From a virus (lineage: Duplodnaviria; Caudoviricetes): a stretch of DNA of 64,000 nt. Under the pieces are notes generated by a model. The model saw only the letters and a program-made list of their open reading frames with translations, was not told the DNA's origin and made no database searches. The position numbers and the translations under genes were made by a program. The stretch lies in the IMG/VR virus record IMGVR_UViG_3300031418_000003; one strand, given 5' to 3'. Shown piece by piece: positions 10,479-19,170 of the stretch (position 1 is the first letter of the stretch; each line of letters begins with the position of its first letter).

Positions 10479-11606
10479 TTAAGCGAGTTTTACTGCGTTA
10501 GGAAAGTCAGACAGAAAAAGATCAGTAGCCGATTGATCAACAAAAATACCGGATGAGCACAGCAACGGGATCAGATCTTCAGTCTCTTCCAATAACACCT
10601 TGGCGTCAGCGGAGATTGAGTTAACCAACCCTACGTTTGTTACCATGCCGAATTGAGTCGGATACTTATACCAATCTACTCCGCCCAGACTGGTGCAGAC
10701 CTTCAGCAAGTCAGTTGTCAGTTTAGGATAATCAGACGGATCAGTATCCAGAGTAAAAGCGTAGTTGGTCAACGTCTGCTCAATGGTGTTCGGATACATT
10801 GCTGCTACTTTAGCCGCACCTTCTTCACCAACGATATCAATAATGGTAACCAGGGAATCTAAGTCACCCCGCTGTGCTGAGACATTGGAATTGTTAATCA
10901 AGGCATCATGGTAGTCACTCTGGTACACATACATGCTACCGAAGTTCTGATAACCTTGTGTTAAGCTATTCTGAACTGCCTGATTCAACATCGTGTTTAA
11001 CACAGAGTTGATTGCCGCAACGTTAACCACCGATCCAAAGCCAGACGAATCATCTTTGGCCAAGAAATCAATCAGCTGGGACCCCGCGGTATATTTCCAG
11101 TCATCCGCAATGTGTAACTTAACAAAGTTACCGTCCGTATCGGCGATCACCAGACCACGCGCGATACCACCCGTCATGGCGTTCAGTTCATTGATAAACC
11201 CATCACCAATCTGGTTCTTTAGATCGCGCATAGAGTTGATGTTGAACCCCAATCCTCGCCCTGCTAAACTCAGCAGTTGATCTGTGTCCAGCTTGAAACC
11301 ATCTTTGTAAGTGACCAGACTGCTCACATCAGCCAGGTTATATTTACCGCCAGTGATGTTCTTTAATGCGTTGTTGATCCCATCAATAGCTGAAGACTTA
11401 TAGTTACTCAGGTTTTGAACAATAGCAGCCTGTGTTTCATTGACGGTTACCACGCCTGCTTGAACACTTGAAGCTATGGCTTTAAACGGATTGACTGCTT
11501 GGTTGGTTAAATTAGAAACAGTTTCGCCCATTGACTGGCTGGCTTTCTGTAAACTGTTATTAATATTAACGCCTTCAAAGATACTGGTATTACCTAAAAG
11601 AGTCAT
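10479..11606 (-). CDS. Putative virion (tail) protein
   Basis: 375-aa ORF convergent with the baseplate gene in the structural core; no catalytic motif recognised. Confidence 0.5.
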   Translation of the reverse strand: MTLLGNTSIFEGVNINNSLQKASQSMGETVSNLTNQAVNPFKAIASSVQAGVVTVNETQAAIVQNLSNYKSSAIDGINNALKNITGGKYNLADVSSLVTYKDGFKLDTDQLLSLAGRGLGFNINSMRDLKNQIGDGFINELNAMTGGIARGLVIADTDGNFVKLHIADDWKYTAGSQLIDFLAKDDSSGFGSVVNVAAINSVLNTMLNQAVQNSLTQGYQNFGSMYVYQSDYHDALINNSNVSAQRGDLDSLVTIIDIVGEEGAAKVAAMYPNTIEQTLTNYAFTLDTDPSDYPKLTTDLLKVCTSLGGVDWYKYPTQFGMVTNVGLVNSISADAKVLLEETEDLIPLLCSSGIFVDQSATDLFLSDFPNAVKLA

Positions 11607-11638
11607 AATGATACCAAAAAAATAAGAGGGTGAAGACA

Positions 11639-11664
11639 GTTACTCTACCAAGTGGTAGAGTAAC
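11639..11664 (-). terminator. Hairpin terminator (family 1)
   Basis: gttactctacc-aagt-ggtagagtaac; offset TTATTTTTTT on the minus strand. Confidence 0.75.
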
Positions 11665-11672
11665 ATATCTGA

Positions 11673-12083
11673 TTAATCCTGCGAAACTTCTCTTGGATGT
11701 TTAAGCAGAATGGTCTTCTCTGATACAGTTTGCGTCTCACCAGATTCTTTCGTGACCGTCACAACCATATCCACTTCTTTTACCTTGAGTATCTTCAGTC
11801 CCATTAGAAACTTATTATGACTCAGTGTACGCGAACAAAACAATGTACTCTGAATATTCCCTAACGCTGTGGATCGTGCTCTTTTAACTTCCATGGCAGG
11901 ACCGGAGTCGTCGGGATGCATAAGACGAAGATATTCATCAAGATAGGTTTTCCACTTCGCCTGATTAATATCAAGCTTTTCAAGAATCTTCCTGAACTGT
12001 CGGCTGGGTGCGTCAGTCAACTGTTCATAGGGCACGAAGTTCTTGTTTTTGATGTAATGCGTGGGTTTCTTTTTATCATTCAT
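11673..12083 (-). CDS. Hypothetical protein
   Basis: 136-aa ORF overlapping the stop of the upstream ORF, ending at a hairpin. Confidence 0.7.
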   Translation of the reverse strand: MNDKKKPTHYIKNKNFVPYEQLTDAPSRQFRKILEKLDINQAKWKTYLDEYLRLMHPDDSGPAMEVKRARSTALGNIQSTLFCSRTLSHNKFLMGLKILKVKEVDMVVTVTKESGETQTVSEKTILLKHPREVSQD

Positions 12084-12630
12084 GCTGTATCTCTAAGTAA
12101 AATGAAATGATATTTACCAGATCTTCGAGAAGAAGTCTATATAATAGTGTTTCGTACATTTCTGTATCGATATCACCGTATTCAGACAGATCAACTTCTT
12201 CCAGGAGTTCAATCTCTGGATTCTCATTCAACCATACATGTGCGGCGATATATGGCTTTAGTCCTTCAATGAACTTGTTCACTGATTCTTCATTGGAGTA
12301 CCATTCGTTAAAGTAGCCGCGATGTTGGGTCATGGTCAACAAGCCGCTTCTTTCTAAATCTGCTTTGGCGTACACCTTCTTCTCAAACAGCTTTAAAGCC
12401 ATCATAGAAGACTTTGTTCTTAACTCTATCTCTTTCAATGTCCCGTAAATAATATCCTCTGAGAAAGCGATTAAGGGGCTATTTACGATATTGTGAAGGC
12501 GGGTGATGAATTCTGCATGAAAGAATCCCTCCGAAAAATTCTTCTTGATTCCAACAAGGTCCTTCTTCATCTTGGCGACGCGCCGATTGCGAAAGTACGG
12601 GATCTTGTTTAACAGCTTATCTAAAAACAT
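12076..12630 (-). CDS. Hypothetical protein
   Basis: 184-aa ORF with GGAG RBS, downstream of the promoter-like motif at 12691. Confidence 0.7.
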   Translation of the reverse strand: MFLDKLLNKIPYFRNRRVAKMKKDLVGIKKNFSEGFFHAEFITRLHNIVNSPLIAFSEDIIYGTLKEIELRTKSSMMALKLFEKKVYAKADLERSGLLTMTQHRGYFNEWYSNEESVNKFIEGLKPYIAAHVWLNENPEIELLEEVDLSEYGDIDTEMYETLLYRLLLEDLVNIISFYLEIQHE

Positions 12631-12690
12631 TTATAACTCCGTGTCTATCAATTAATATTATCGAAATAGATTTCCACTGTTATCTACTTT

Positions 12691-12708
12691 GATAATATCA
12701 GTCTGAAA
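12691..12708 (-). promoter_or_regulatory. Putative phage early promoter motif
   Basis: Minus strand TTTCAGACTGATATTATC; one of 7 copies, each upstream of a minus-strand gene run. Confidence 0.65.
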
Positions 12709-12743
12709 CCATATAGGCCGGCTAAAAAGAATTGGAGTAAATC

Positions 12744-13352
12744 ATGTACGATGACGACGATGGATCAGACAACTACGCTAACAACCATGCGGAAGAAAAC
12801 AAACTTCCACAGGAAGCTGAAAAAGAGAAACTGATTGCGGACATTCAGACTATTCTGAACGGTGAGCATTCGGTGGACAGTGAGAAGAGTTTGCTTAATA
12901 TTGTCCAGAAACAACGTAAGTTAATTCTGGATATTGCGACCTCTACTTTTATCAAGAAACCAAATAATCCTAAGTTAATGGATTCCATTAACACCCTGTT
13001 AGGTCAGATGGAAAAGTCTGTGCGTGATGACCGTAAAGAGCGCCTCAAAGACCGTGAGTTGGAAGATAACAAAGCCAACTTCGCCACCTTTGTCAGTGCC
13101 CTTAACGAAGTGACCGCTGGTCGTTTGGTTATGCCTACCTTTGCTGACTTCCAGTTACCGCTGGATCCGTTCGGTGACAACAAACTGTTTGTTACTGATA
13201 ACCCAGATGAAGAAATCACCGAGGAAGAGAAATTCCAAGGTCGTCAGATTCTGGACAGTAAGAAAATCGAAGAAGCATTTGAAATTGATCCTGAACAACA
13301 GATCAACACAAGTGATGTCATGGAAGAAGAGTTCGACGCTGAAAATAGCTAA
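12744..13352 (+). CDS. Hypothetical acidic protein
   Basis: 202-aa ORF, GGAG RBS, followed by a hairpin. Confidence 0.7.
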   Translation: MYDDDDGSDNYANNHAEENKLPQEAEKEKLIADIQTILNGEHSVDSEKSLLNIVQKQRKLILDIATSTFIKKPNNPKLMDSINTLLGQMEKSVRDDRKERLKDRELEDNKANFATFVSALNEVTAGRLVMPTFADFQLPLDPFGDNKLFVTDNPDEEITEEEKFQGRQILDSKKIEEAFEIDPEQQINTSDVMEEEFDAENS

Positions 13353-13365
13353 CGACAAACAACAT

Positions 13366-13393
13366 CTCCAGAGAGCCGTGAGGCTCTCTGGAG
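13366..13393. terminator. Hairpin between convergent genes
   Basis: ctccagagagcc-gtga-ggctctctggag. Confidence 0.7.
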
Positions 13394-13400
13394 GATGACC

Positions 13401-14132
13401 TTATGACGAGTAATCGTATATGGTTTTTGGACATGGTACCCAGGTGATTTTACCGCCTTGAGTTACATTCATCTTGCTGATAGTCTCGATCGGCTCTTCG
13501 CGTCTCATTTCTTCAGGAAGTTCTTTATACACCAGGATATCGGGAACAAAGAAGCGAGTGTTTGAGTTCTTCGCCTTTGCATAGTTTTCCCAATATACCT
13601 TGTAGTCCTTACCGACTAAGAAGTCATAGATAAAGACATATTGATAATTGCTCAGCACCGTAGGCGTGATTAAATCGTACGGTGTGTTTACAAAAGATAG
13701 AGAAATGTTAAATGCAAGCGCTCCACGAATAGTCGAAGCCAACTCATCTAATAAACTCTGTGACAAAGTATAGGGATACAAGTTAACTGTTAATGAAAAT
13801 GTGGAGACCGACAGAATCTGTCCTACCCCAAACTCGACCTCACGCACCAGTTTAAACATGTTGCGAATAAGGTTGCTTGGGAAGAAGTAACACTGCGTCT
13901 CATCAGCAAAATCATCAATCGTTCTTGCCGCATACCGTGCTTCGTACCTCTCTTGTGTAATCCCCAGCTCAGGTTGATTGAAATAGTCGTAACGACGCCG
14001 TTCATAAATCGGCTTCATATTGACATCCCAATTAAACTTGGTATTTCCACTTTCTAATGCAACTTTGGTGAGAATACCACGCCGAGAATCAAACAGAGAG
14101 TCAAGGTTAGTAAAACAAGTGACTTCAGCCAT
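13401..14132 (-). CDS. Hypothetical protein
   Basis: Start taken at ATG 14132 (MAEVTCFTNLDSLFDSRRG), coupled to upstream stop; ORF track start 14144. Confidence 0.65.
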   Translation of the reverse strand: MAEVTCFTNLDSLFDSRRGILTKVALESGNTKFNWDVNMKPIYERRRYDYFNQPELGITQERYEARYAARTIDDFADETQCYFFPSNLIRNMFKLVREVEFGVGQILSVSTFSLTVNLYPYTLSQSLLDELASTIRGALAFNISLSFVNTPYDLITPTVLSNYQYVFIYDFLVGKDYKVYWENYAKAKNSNTRFFVPDILVYKELPEEMRREEPIETISKMNVTQGGKITWVPCPKTIYDYSS

Positions 14133-14607
14133 TCTGATTCCCACCCCTTACTCGTTTAACCTGGGATGACGCCTTCTCAGCTTCTATTTTCTTCGCCATT
14201 GCTACCATGATTTCGCTACGGTGTACGGCCAGGAAAAGAATCAGCTGTTCGACCTTTGAAAAGCCAACGGCGCTGAACTGGAAACTCTGCTTGAAAATAC
14301 TGTCTTTAGCAACAGCATCAAATCCCTCAGCAAACGAGTCTAAGGCAGGTTCGGTGAAAGGTTGAGAGAACATACGGAAACACAGTGCACTAAAGTAGTT
14401 ATACATCTCGCGACTTTCATTCATTCCTTCAATGAGGGCTCTAAGTCCTTCACGGAAAGAGGCCAACGAGTTTTCGAATACATAATTTTGTGCTTTTGTC
14501 CAGAACGTACTGCTGTCCCGGTTATAGACAACCTCTGTATACAACTCTTTGGTGTAGAACTCAATAAGCCGTTCAATCGGAGTGAGTACAATGACTTCTT
14601 GTTCCAT
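14125..14607 (-). CDS. Hypothetical protein
   Basis: 160-aa ORF tightly coupled in the beta-C operon. Confidence 0.65.
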   Translation of the reverse strand: MEQEVIVLTPIERLIEFYTKELYTEVVYNRDSSTFWTKAQNYVFENSLASFREGLRALIEGMNESREMYNYFSALCFRMFSQPFTEPALDSFAEGFDAVAKDSIFKQSFQFSAVGFSKVEQLILFLAVHRSEIMVAMAKKIEAEKASSQVKRVRGGNQNG

Positions 14608-14610
14608 GGT

Positions 14611-15285
14611 TTATCGTTCCAACAGGTTGTTGTCGATATGCTGACCGAGTAACAGGAAGTGAGCGGTTTGTAAAGACTTCACCCCTGTACCACGCTGCAG
14701 CGCAGATTCAGTTGTGGTCACACCGGTTGTCAGGATATCATTCTTGTACGCACGGTACGCACCTACGTCACCACCACGGGCATCAGCCAATTCCTTAGCC
14801 AAAGTCGGCAGACCCAATGACAACAGAACCTGGATCTCTGGGTTAGAGATACCGCCGGCACGAGAATCGCCTGTAGGCTGTCCTGTGAGGTCTTCGACAT
14901 TATAGTCGTGCTTGGATGCACCAAATTTCTTGGCTTGTAGCTGGCGCTGTTTACGCACCTCAGCAATACCAACCAAAGCTGTTTCTGGCGTGGTGTGTTC
15001 TAACCCAGTATCGGGGTCAGTGAAGATAACCTGTTGCTCAAGCGGAATATCCAGCGACTTAGCGAGTTTAACAGAATGATCGTAATCGATCGTTTCCCGC
15101 ATATCGAAGTTATCCACAAACATTGGGATGAATCCCATGTCGCAGATGTTATTCCAGAATTGAGCGAATTGCTCGTCCTTAAGACGAGCAAACAGTTCGG
15201 TATACACCTTGTGGTTTCCACCACCTTTCGTGAAGTCTTTAGCAAGGGCTAAGATATCACGTTCGATCTCTTTACGATTCTTCAT
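14611..15285 (-). CDS. Virion RNA polymerase beta subunit, C-terminal part (phiKZ gp149-like)
   Basis: LTGQPTGDSRAGGISNPEIQVLLSLG aligns with RpoB C-terminal [28 protein letters not shown]; 224 aa; next to uvsX as in phiKZ. Confidence 0.8.
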   Translation of the reverse strand: MKNRKEIERDILALAKDFTKGGGNHKVYTELFARLKDEQFAQFWNNICDMGFIPMFVDNFDMRETIDYDHSVKLAKSLDIPLEQQVIFTDPDTGLEHTTPETALVGIAEVRKQRQLQAKKFGASKHDYNVEDLTGQPTGDSRAGGISNPEIQVLLSLGLPTLAKELADARGGDVGAYRAYKNDILTTGVTTTESALQRGTGVKSLQTAHFLLLGQHIDNNLLER

Positions 15286-15649
15286 GTCTCTGGATCTCGT
15301 ATCCGTAGATCGTTACGGCTTTCGAGAGTTCGTTCAGTCGATTGGTTAACGCATCGATGAACATTTCTTTCTCGAAGTTCGCAAGGATCACAATTTCATT
15401 GAATTGGTTCAAATGATCATCAAGAGACCGGAGGAAAGAGGTTTTGTTACGATCATCGACATCAATGACATTGTCGAAGTTCAGACCGTAACGACCGGTA
15501 ACACTTACAACGCGCAGGTTGCTATCGCCAGAACGCTTGATTAAAAAGTTGTTCAGCTTGGCGAAGTAAGTCTCTTGGTCATTGGCGGTATGAACGAAGT
15601 CTGGCTCTGCAATAACTAAAACGGAATAATCGTAACTGTACTCTGACAT
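15272..15649 (-). CDS. Hypothetical protein
   Basis: 125-aa ORF between uvsX and the beta-C gene, coupled on both sides. Confidence 0.65.
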   Translation of the reverse strand: MSEYSYDYSVLVIAEPDFVHTANDQETYFAKLNNFLIKRSGDSNLRVVSVTGRYGLNFDNVIDVDDRNKTSFLRSLDDHLNQFNEIVILANFEKEMFIDALTNRLNELSKAVTIYGYEIQRHEES

Positions 15650-17191
15650 TTATTTCTTGTCCTTTAACCAATATGGCTTTTTACCATTCACGACGATCTC
15701 CATCAATTCGTAAACAGTCAATGTATGTTGTTTAATGTGCTCTGGGTTGTCGTGCCAGAAGTACACCGTGTTTTCCAGGACGTCATCCCAATCCAAACCT
15801 TGCTCTTTACCTTTGGCATAAAGTTCAGTCGGGGTGATGCGCCACTCTTCTGGGAAGTTTTCCCAGAACGTCTGCATGAACCAAAGCTGCCAGACAATCT
15901 CAATAGCACGCTTCAATTTAGGATCGGCATCCGGACCTTCCAGCAGATCGCGCACAGTGGTACGCATAATAGAAACATCTGGCATTAGGGCGCAGGTGTG
16001 ACGAATCGCCGAACCTTCTAAACCAAAGTACTTGTTGTCTTTCAACGAGTCGTACATTGAAAGCGATTCCAGGATACCTTCTGCTTGCCCGGCAACGAAT
16101 GCCAGATCGCCACCTGATGACCCAGACTTGTTACGGAAGACCGTAGTAAAGTACTGAACCAGTTCCGGGTTAGAGCGAGCATTTGAAGAGATCAGAGATT
16201 CTTTACCACGTGGATACATGATAGAGTGATCAGGCTGCTTCATTGGCGTGCCTTTGATGATCTCAATACCGATGTGTGGTAACTTCAACATCGCCTTCGG
16301 TGCCGCCAGCTTTTTGTTGTGACGCAGGAAGGTAGAGTCTTTCTCTTTTGGTTTTCCGTCCATGTTGATGACGTCAGCAGACTGAGCTACCCAATAAGAA
16401 CGCAGACCCACACGCGGTCCCAGGATACAGGTATCTGTCATCAGAATACGACGCAGGTTACCGATTTCCATGTCACGGGTACGTTTCTTACCGCCTTCAT
16501 CCATTTCACCTTCATCGAACTGTTTGAACATCAGGTTATCAAACAGAACTTCTGAGATAGAATCACAGATAAACAGAATAGGCTGCATGACCTGGATGAA
16601 CTTCTGGTTCTTCTCTGACCAGAACGGAGTATCCATGAACAGTTGACGATACGCTTCCTGATCAGCTTTGTCTTTGCTTTCACTCAGTGCGTGGATCGTT
16701 TTATAGATCTCGATGACTTTGTTGTGTAGTTCAGTGCCGTCAATGCCGGCGGAGTTCGGCATGTAGTGGAAACGTTTGTCTTCGATGTGTTCGGCGAAGT
16801 AACCTTCCTCATCATACAGGCGATCAACTTCTTCAGCCAGACGAGAAATATCCAGTGTGGACTCGGTGTCACCATAAAGGATAACAGAGTGCTGGAAACG
16901 GTGTAACATCTTAGCCACATCTTTAACTGTCTTACCGGTCTTTTGGGTGTTGTTACCGCCGGCTAAACCGTTGATCGGCATCAAGCCACCGTTCTGATAC
17001 CAGACGCCGTTTTTACCTTTGATCATGCTGGTCGTCAACATGTCAAAAATAGGAGAAGTATTAAAACCAATTTGTAAGTTGGACTCAGCACCGTAGTCTT
17101 TTAAGAAATTCAATGCACTCAGCATCTGTAAAACCCTTTGGTTAAATGTTATGAAACGTTTCGTATTACGCACACTAGTGGAGTTTGCCAT
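15650..17191 (-). CDS. uvsX: UvsX/RecA-like recombinase (phiKZ gp152-like); real start may be ATG 17125
   Basis: Walker A-like GGNNTQKTG, YGDTE, Walker B FICDSIS, FRNKSGSSG; jumbo-phage N-terminal motif FNTSPIFD...NGGL. Confidence 0.8.
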   Translation of the reverse strand: MANSTSVRNTKRFITFNQRVLQMLSALNFLKDYGAESNLQIGFNTSPIFDMLTTSMIKGKNGVWYQNGGLMPINGLAGGNNTQKTGKTVKDVAKMLHRFQHSVILYGDTESTLDISRLAEEVDRLYDEEGYFAEHIEDKRFHYMPNSAGIDGTELHNKVIEIYKTIHALSESKDKADQEAYRQLFMDTPFWSEKNQKFIQVMQPILFICDSISEVLFDNLMFKQFDEGEMDEGGKKRTRDMEIGNLRRILMTDTCILGPRVGLRSYWVAQSADVINMDGKPKEKDSTFLRHNKKLAAPKAMLKLPHIGIEIIKGTPMKQPDHSIMYPRGKESLISSNARSNPELVQYFTTVFRNKSGSSGGDLAFVAGQAEGILESLSMYDSLKDNKYFGLEGSAIRHTCALMPDVSIMRTTVRDLLEGPDADPKLKRAIEIVWQLWFMQTFWENFPEEWRITPTELYAKGKEQGLDWDDVLENTVYFWHDNPEHIKQHTLTVYELMEIVVNGKKPYWLKDKK

Positions 17192-17194
17192 AGC

Positions 17195-17977
17195 ATGACT
17201 ACAGAGATTATAACTCCTGAAACAGTTGAGGGGAATGAAGCCCTAACTGTCGGAGAGAAATTAGGTTCTTTCTTTAAAGAAATCAGCGTCGGCATCGATG
17301 CCTTTAATGCACGCAATTTCAACAAATCAATTCACAAGGTTGAAGGGATTGAAGTTTGGAAAAAGTTGGGGGCGGCGAATATTTATTTCGATGTCTCTAC
17401 CAAACATATCCCTGCTCCAGTAATGTTTAACCCGACCAAGATATCGTTCAGAAACTACGTTGAATATATCTTGAAAGCAGTGCCCGTTTTAAAACTGGTT
17501 GATACTCAATGTGACCAGGTTTATCGTGGATTGAAGACTATTGCTGCAACGGGTAAAGTTCCTTTTACCTTGGCCAGTAATGATACCAGCATCATGGTAA
17601 ATGAAACTCGCGCCCAGTTTGCCAATGTCCTGGAAGATTCCCGTGTCTATACCCGTGCCATTAATGACCTGTACCCGAACTTCTCTGGTGCCTATGAGCT
17701 GATGGATGAGTTCAACAAAGTGGTGGACTCTCTGAAATCACGCGATGTGGAACTCGCTGCACGCCGTGGTGAACAGGTGATCAATATCCTTAATATTCTT
17801 AAGCCGAAAATTGACGCCAGTTCTGTGATTCTTAATCCCAATCAGGTAGCACTGGTTAACAACACCGTCAGTAATCTGGTCGATAACATTACCTTTGCCG
17901 GTGTGATGTTGGCTCAGCTGAGTGACATGACTCGTGTGATGCAACTGCAAGTGCAGGAAGCAGCAAAACTGCAATAA
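17195..17977 (+). CDS. Putative head protein with candidate prohead-protease site
   Basis: Start at 17195 (MTTEIITPETVEGNE/AL) with GGAG upstream; G-X-E motif near the N-terminus; synteny with phiKZ gp152/gp153. Confidence 0.55.
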   Translation: MTTEIITPETVEGNEALTVGEKLGSFFKEISVGIDAFNARNFNKSIHKVEGIEVWKKLGAANIYFDVSTKHIPAPVMFNPTKISFRNYVEYILKAVPVLKLVDTQCDQVYRGLKTIAATGKVPFTLASNDTSIMVNETRAQFANVLEDSRVYTRAINDLYPNFSGAYELMDEFNKVVDSLKSRDVELAARRGEQVINILNILKPKIDASSVILNPNQVALVNNTVSNLVDNITFAGVMLAQLSDMTRVMQLQVQEAAKLQ

Positions 17978-17988
17978 ACAAACATAGA

Positions 17989-18015
17989 GCTTACTGGGTC
18001 AAAAACCCAGTAAGC
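17989..18015. terminator. Hairpin between convergent genes (family 2)
   Basis: gcttactgggt-caaaa-acccagtaagc; shares atagagctt..tgggtca with the 53733 hairpin. Confidence 0.75.
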
Positions 18016-18027
18016 CTTTATGCTGTT

Positions 18028-19152
18028 TTATGCTTTAAAGATGTGTGGAGAATCCAGCAGGTTCAGGCGCGCCGTTAAAGTTTTCTCGAAGCCTTGTGAA
18101 TAAGGTTTCAGAATACCTTCAACATAGCCTTGTAATGCAGGCGTCACTACTTTGTTATCTTTGCGTCCGAAGATAGCGAAGGTATCCAGATCAATTGACC
18201 AGACTTCCACACCTTCTTCCAGTGGAATCTCTTCCAGCAGTTTAATGATGCGGTCCACTTCCTGATCCAGGTAAACGAAGCACGCTTTGTTGTTCGGCGT
18301 TTCTTTGCCCATTGAAGACCAATCGTCACGACCACCGAATGAGATATAGGTGATGTTCTGATCCAGGAATGGTGGAACCAGTACACCGTTGACCAGGGTC
18401 TCTGCATAGCGAGTCAGTTCTTCTGATTCGGCAATACGTTTGGAATCAAACACAGTGCGAACCAGATCGTTTACCAGACGCAACTGACCCAACACTTTCT
18501 CTCCTGCATTTGGGAAATAAGTTGCCAGATCTTCCGGGGTAATCGGTGTGCGTTGGATTTCGATTTTGTCGTTGTTCTCATCAACGGGCAGAACTTTATC
18601 CAGGCACAGTTCCAGTTTGAAGTTACGGCCGGTTTCGGTACGGAAAGTCACGATGCCGTCAAAGTCTTTGACAATGTCGGTGTTCAATGAAACTTCTGAC
18701 ATCTCTTTGTTAACAAAGCGAGCTGTATCACGAATCGACTGACTGACTGCCGTCATCAAACCACGGATACGATCTTCGACATTGGTGAAATCAACACCCA
18801 TCAGTTCGTAGAAGGGATCAGCCTCATCAATAGTAAAGGTTGACAATGTCGCGCCAGGGCGAACACGGATCGGATAATAGACACCTGGTGCAGCCCAGAT
18901 TGAATCGCCAATTTCCGTGACCAGTTTATCGATGTTCTTGTCAAGATCCAGCAGGAAGCGATTGTAATCGTTCAGTGGGATAAAGAACAGCTGATTACCC
19001 AGGGATACTTTGTAACGATCCAGATGTTCCTGTTTTTCAACGGTGTACTGTTCAGGATTCAGCACAATCAACCGCAGGTGACGACACAACAGAACCAGGT
19101 TGTAATGGTTGTCATCTACGTAAGTAATTTCGTGTAAGTGTTTCTCATTCAT
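18028..19152 (-). CDS. Hypothetical protein
   Basis: 374-aa ORF; no motif recognised. Confidence 0.7.
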   Translation of the reverse strand: MNEKHLHEITYVDDNHYNLVLLCRHLRLIVLNPEQYTVEKQEHLDRYKVSLGNQLFFIPLNDYNRFLLDLDKNIDKLVTEIGDSIWAAPGVYYPIRVRPGATLSTFTIDEADPFYELMGVDFTNVEDRIRGLMTAVSQSIRDTARFVNKEMSEVSLNTDIVKDFDGIVTFRTETGRNFKLELCLDKVLPVDENNDKIEIQRTPITPEDLATYFPNAGEKVLGQLRLVNDLVRTVFDSKRIAESEELTRYAETLVNGVLVPPFLDQNITYISFGGRDDWSSMGKETPNNKACFVYLDQEVDRIIKLLEEIPLEEGVEVWSIDLDTFAIFGRKDNKVVTPALQGYVEGILKPYSQGFEKTLTARLNLLDSPHIFKA

Positions 19153-19170
19153 TCTCGATAGGTCCCTATT

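Noticed and set aside
17125-17195. uvsX and the head gene starting head-to-head only 3 nt apart
   Set aside because: The 17191 ATG has no well-spaced RBS; ATG 17125 (MLSALNF) is a plausible real start, which gives an ordinary gap.
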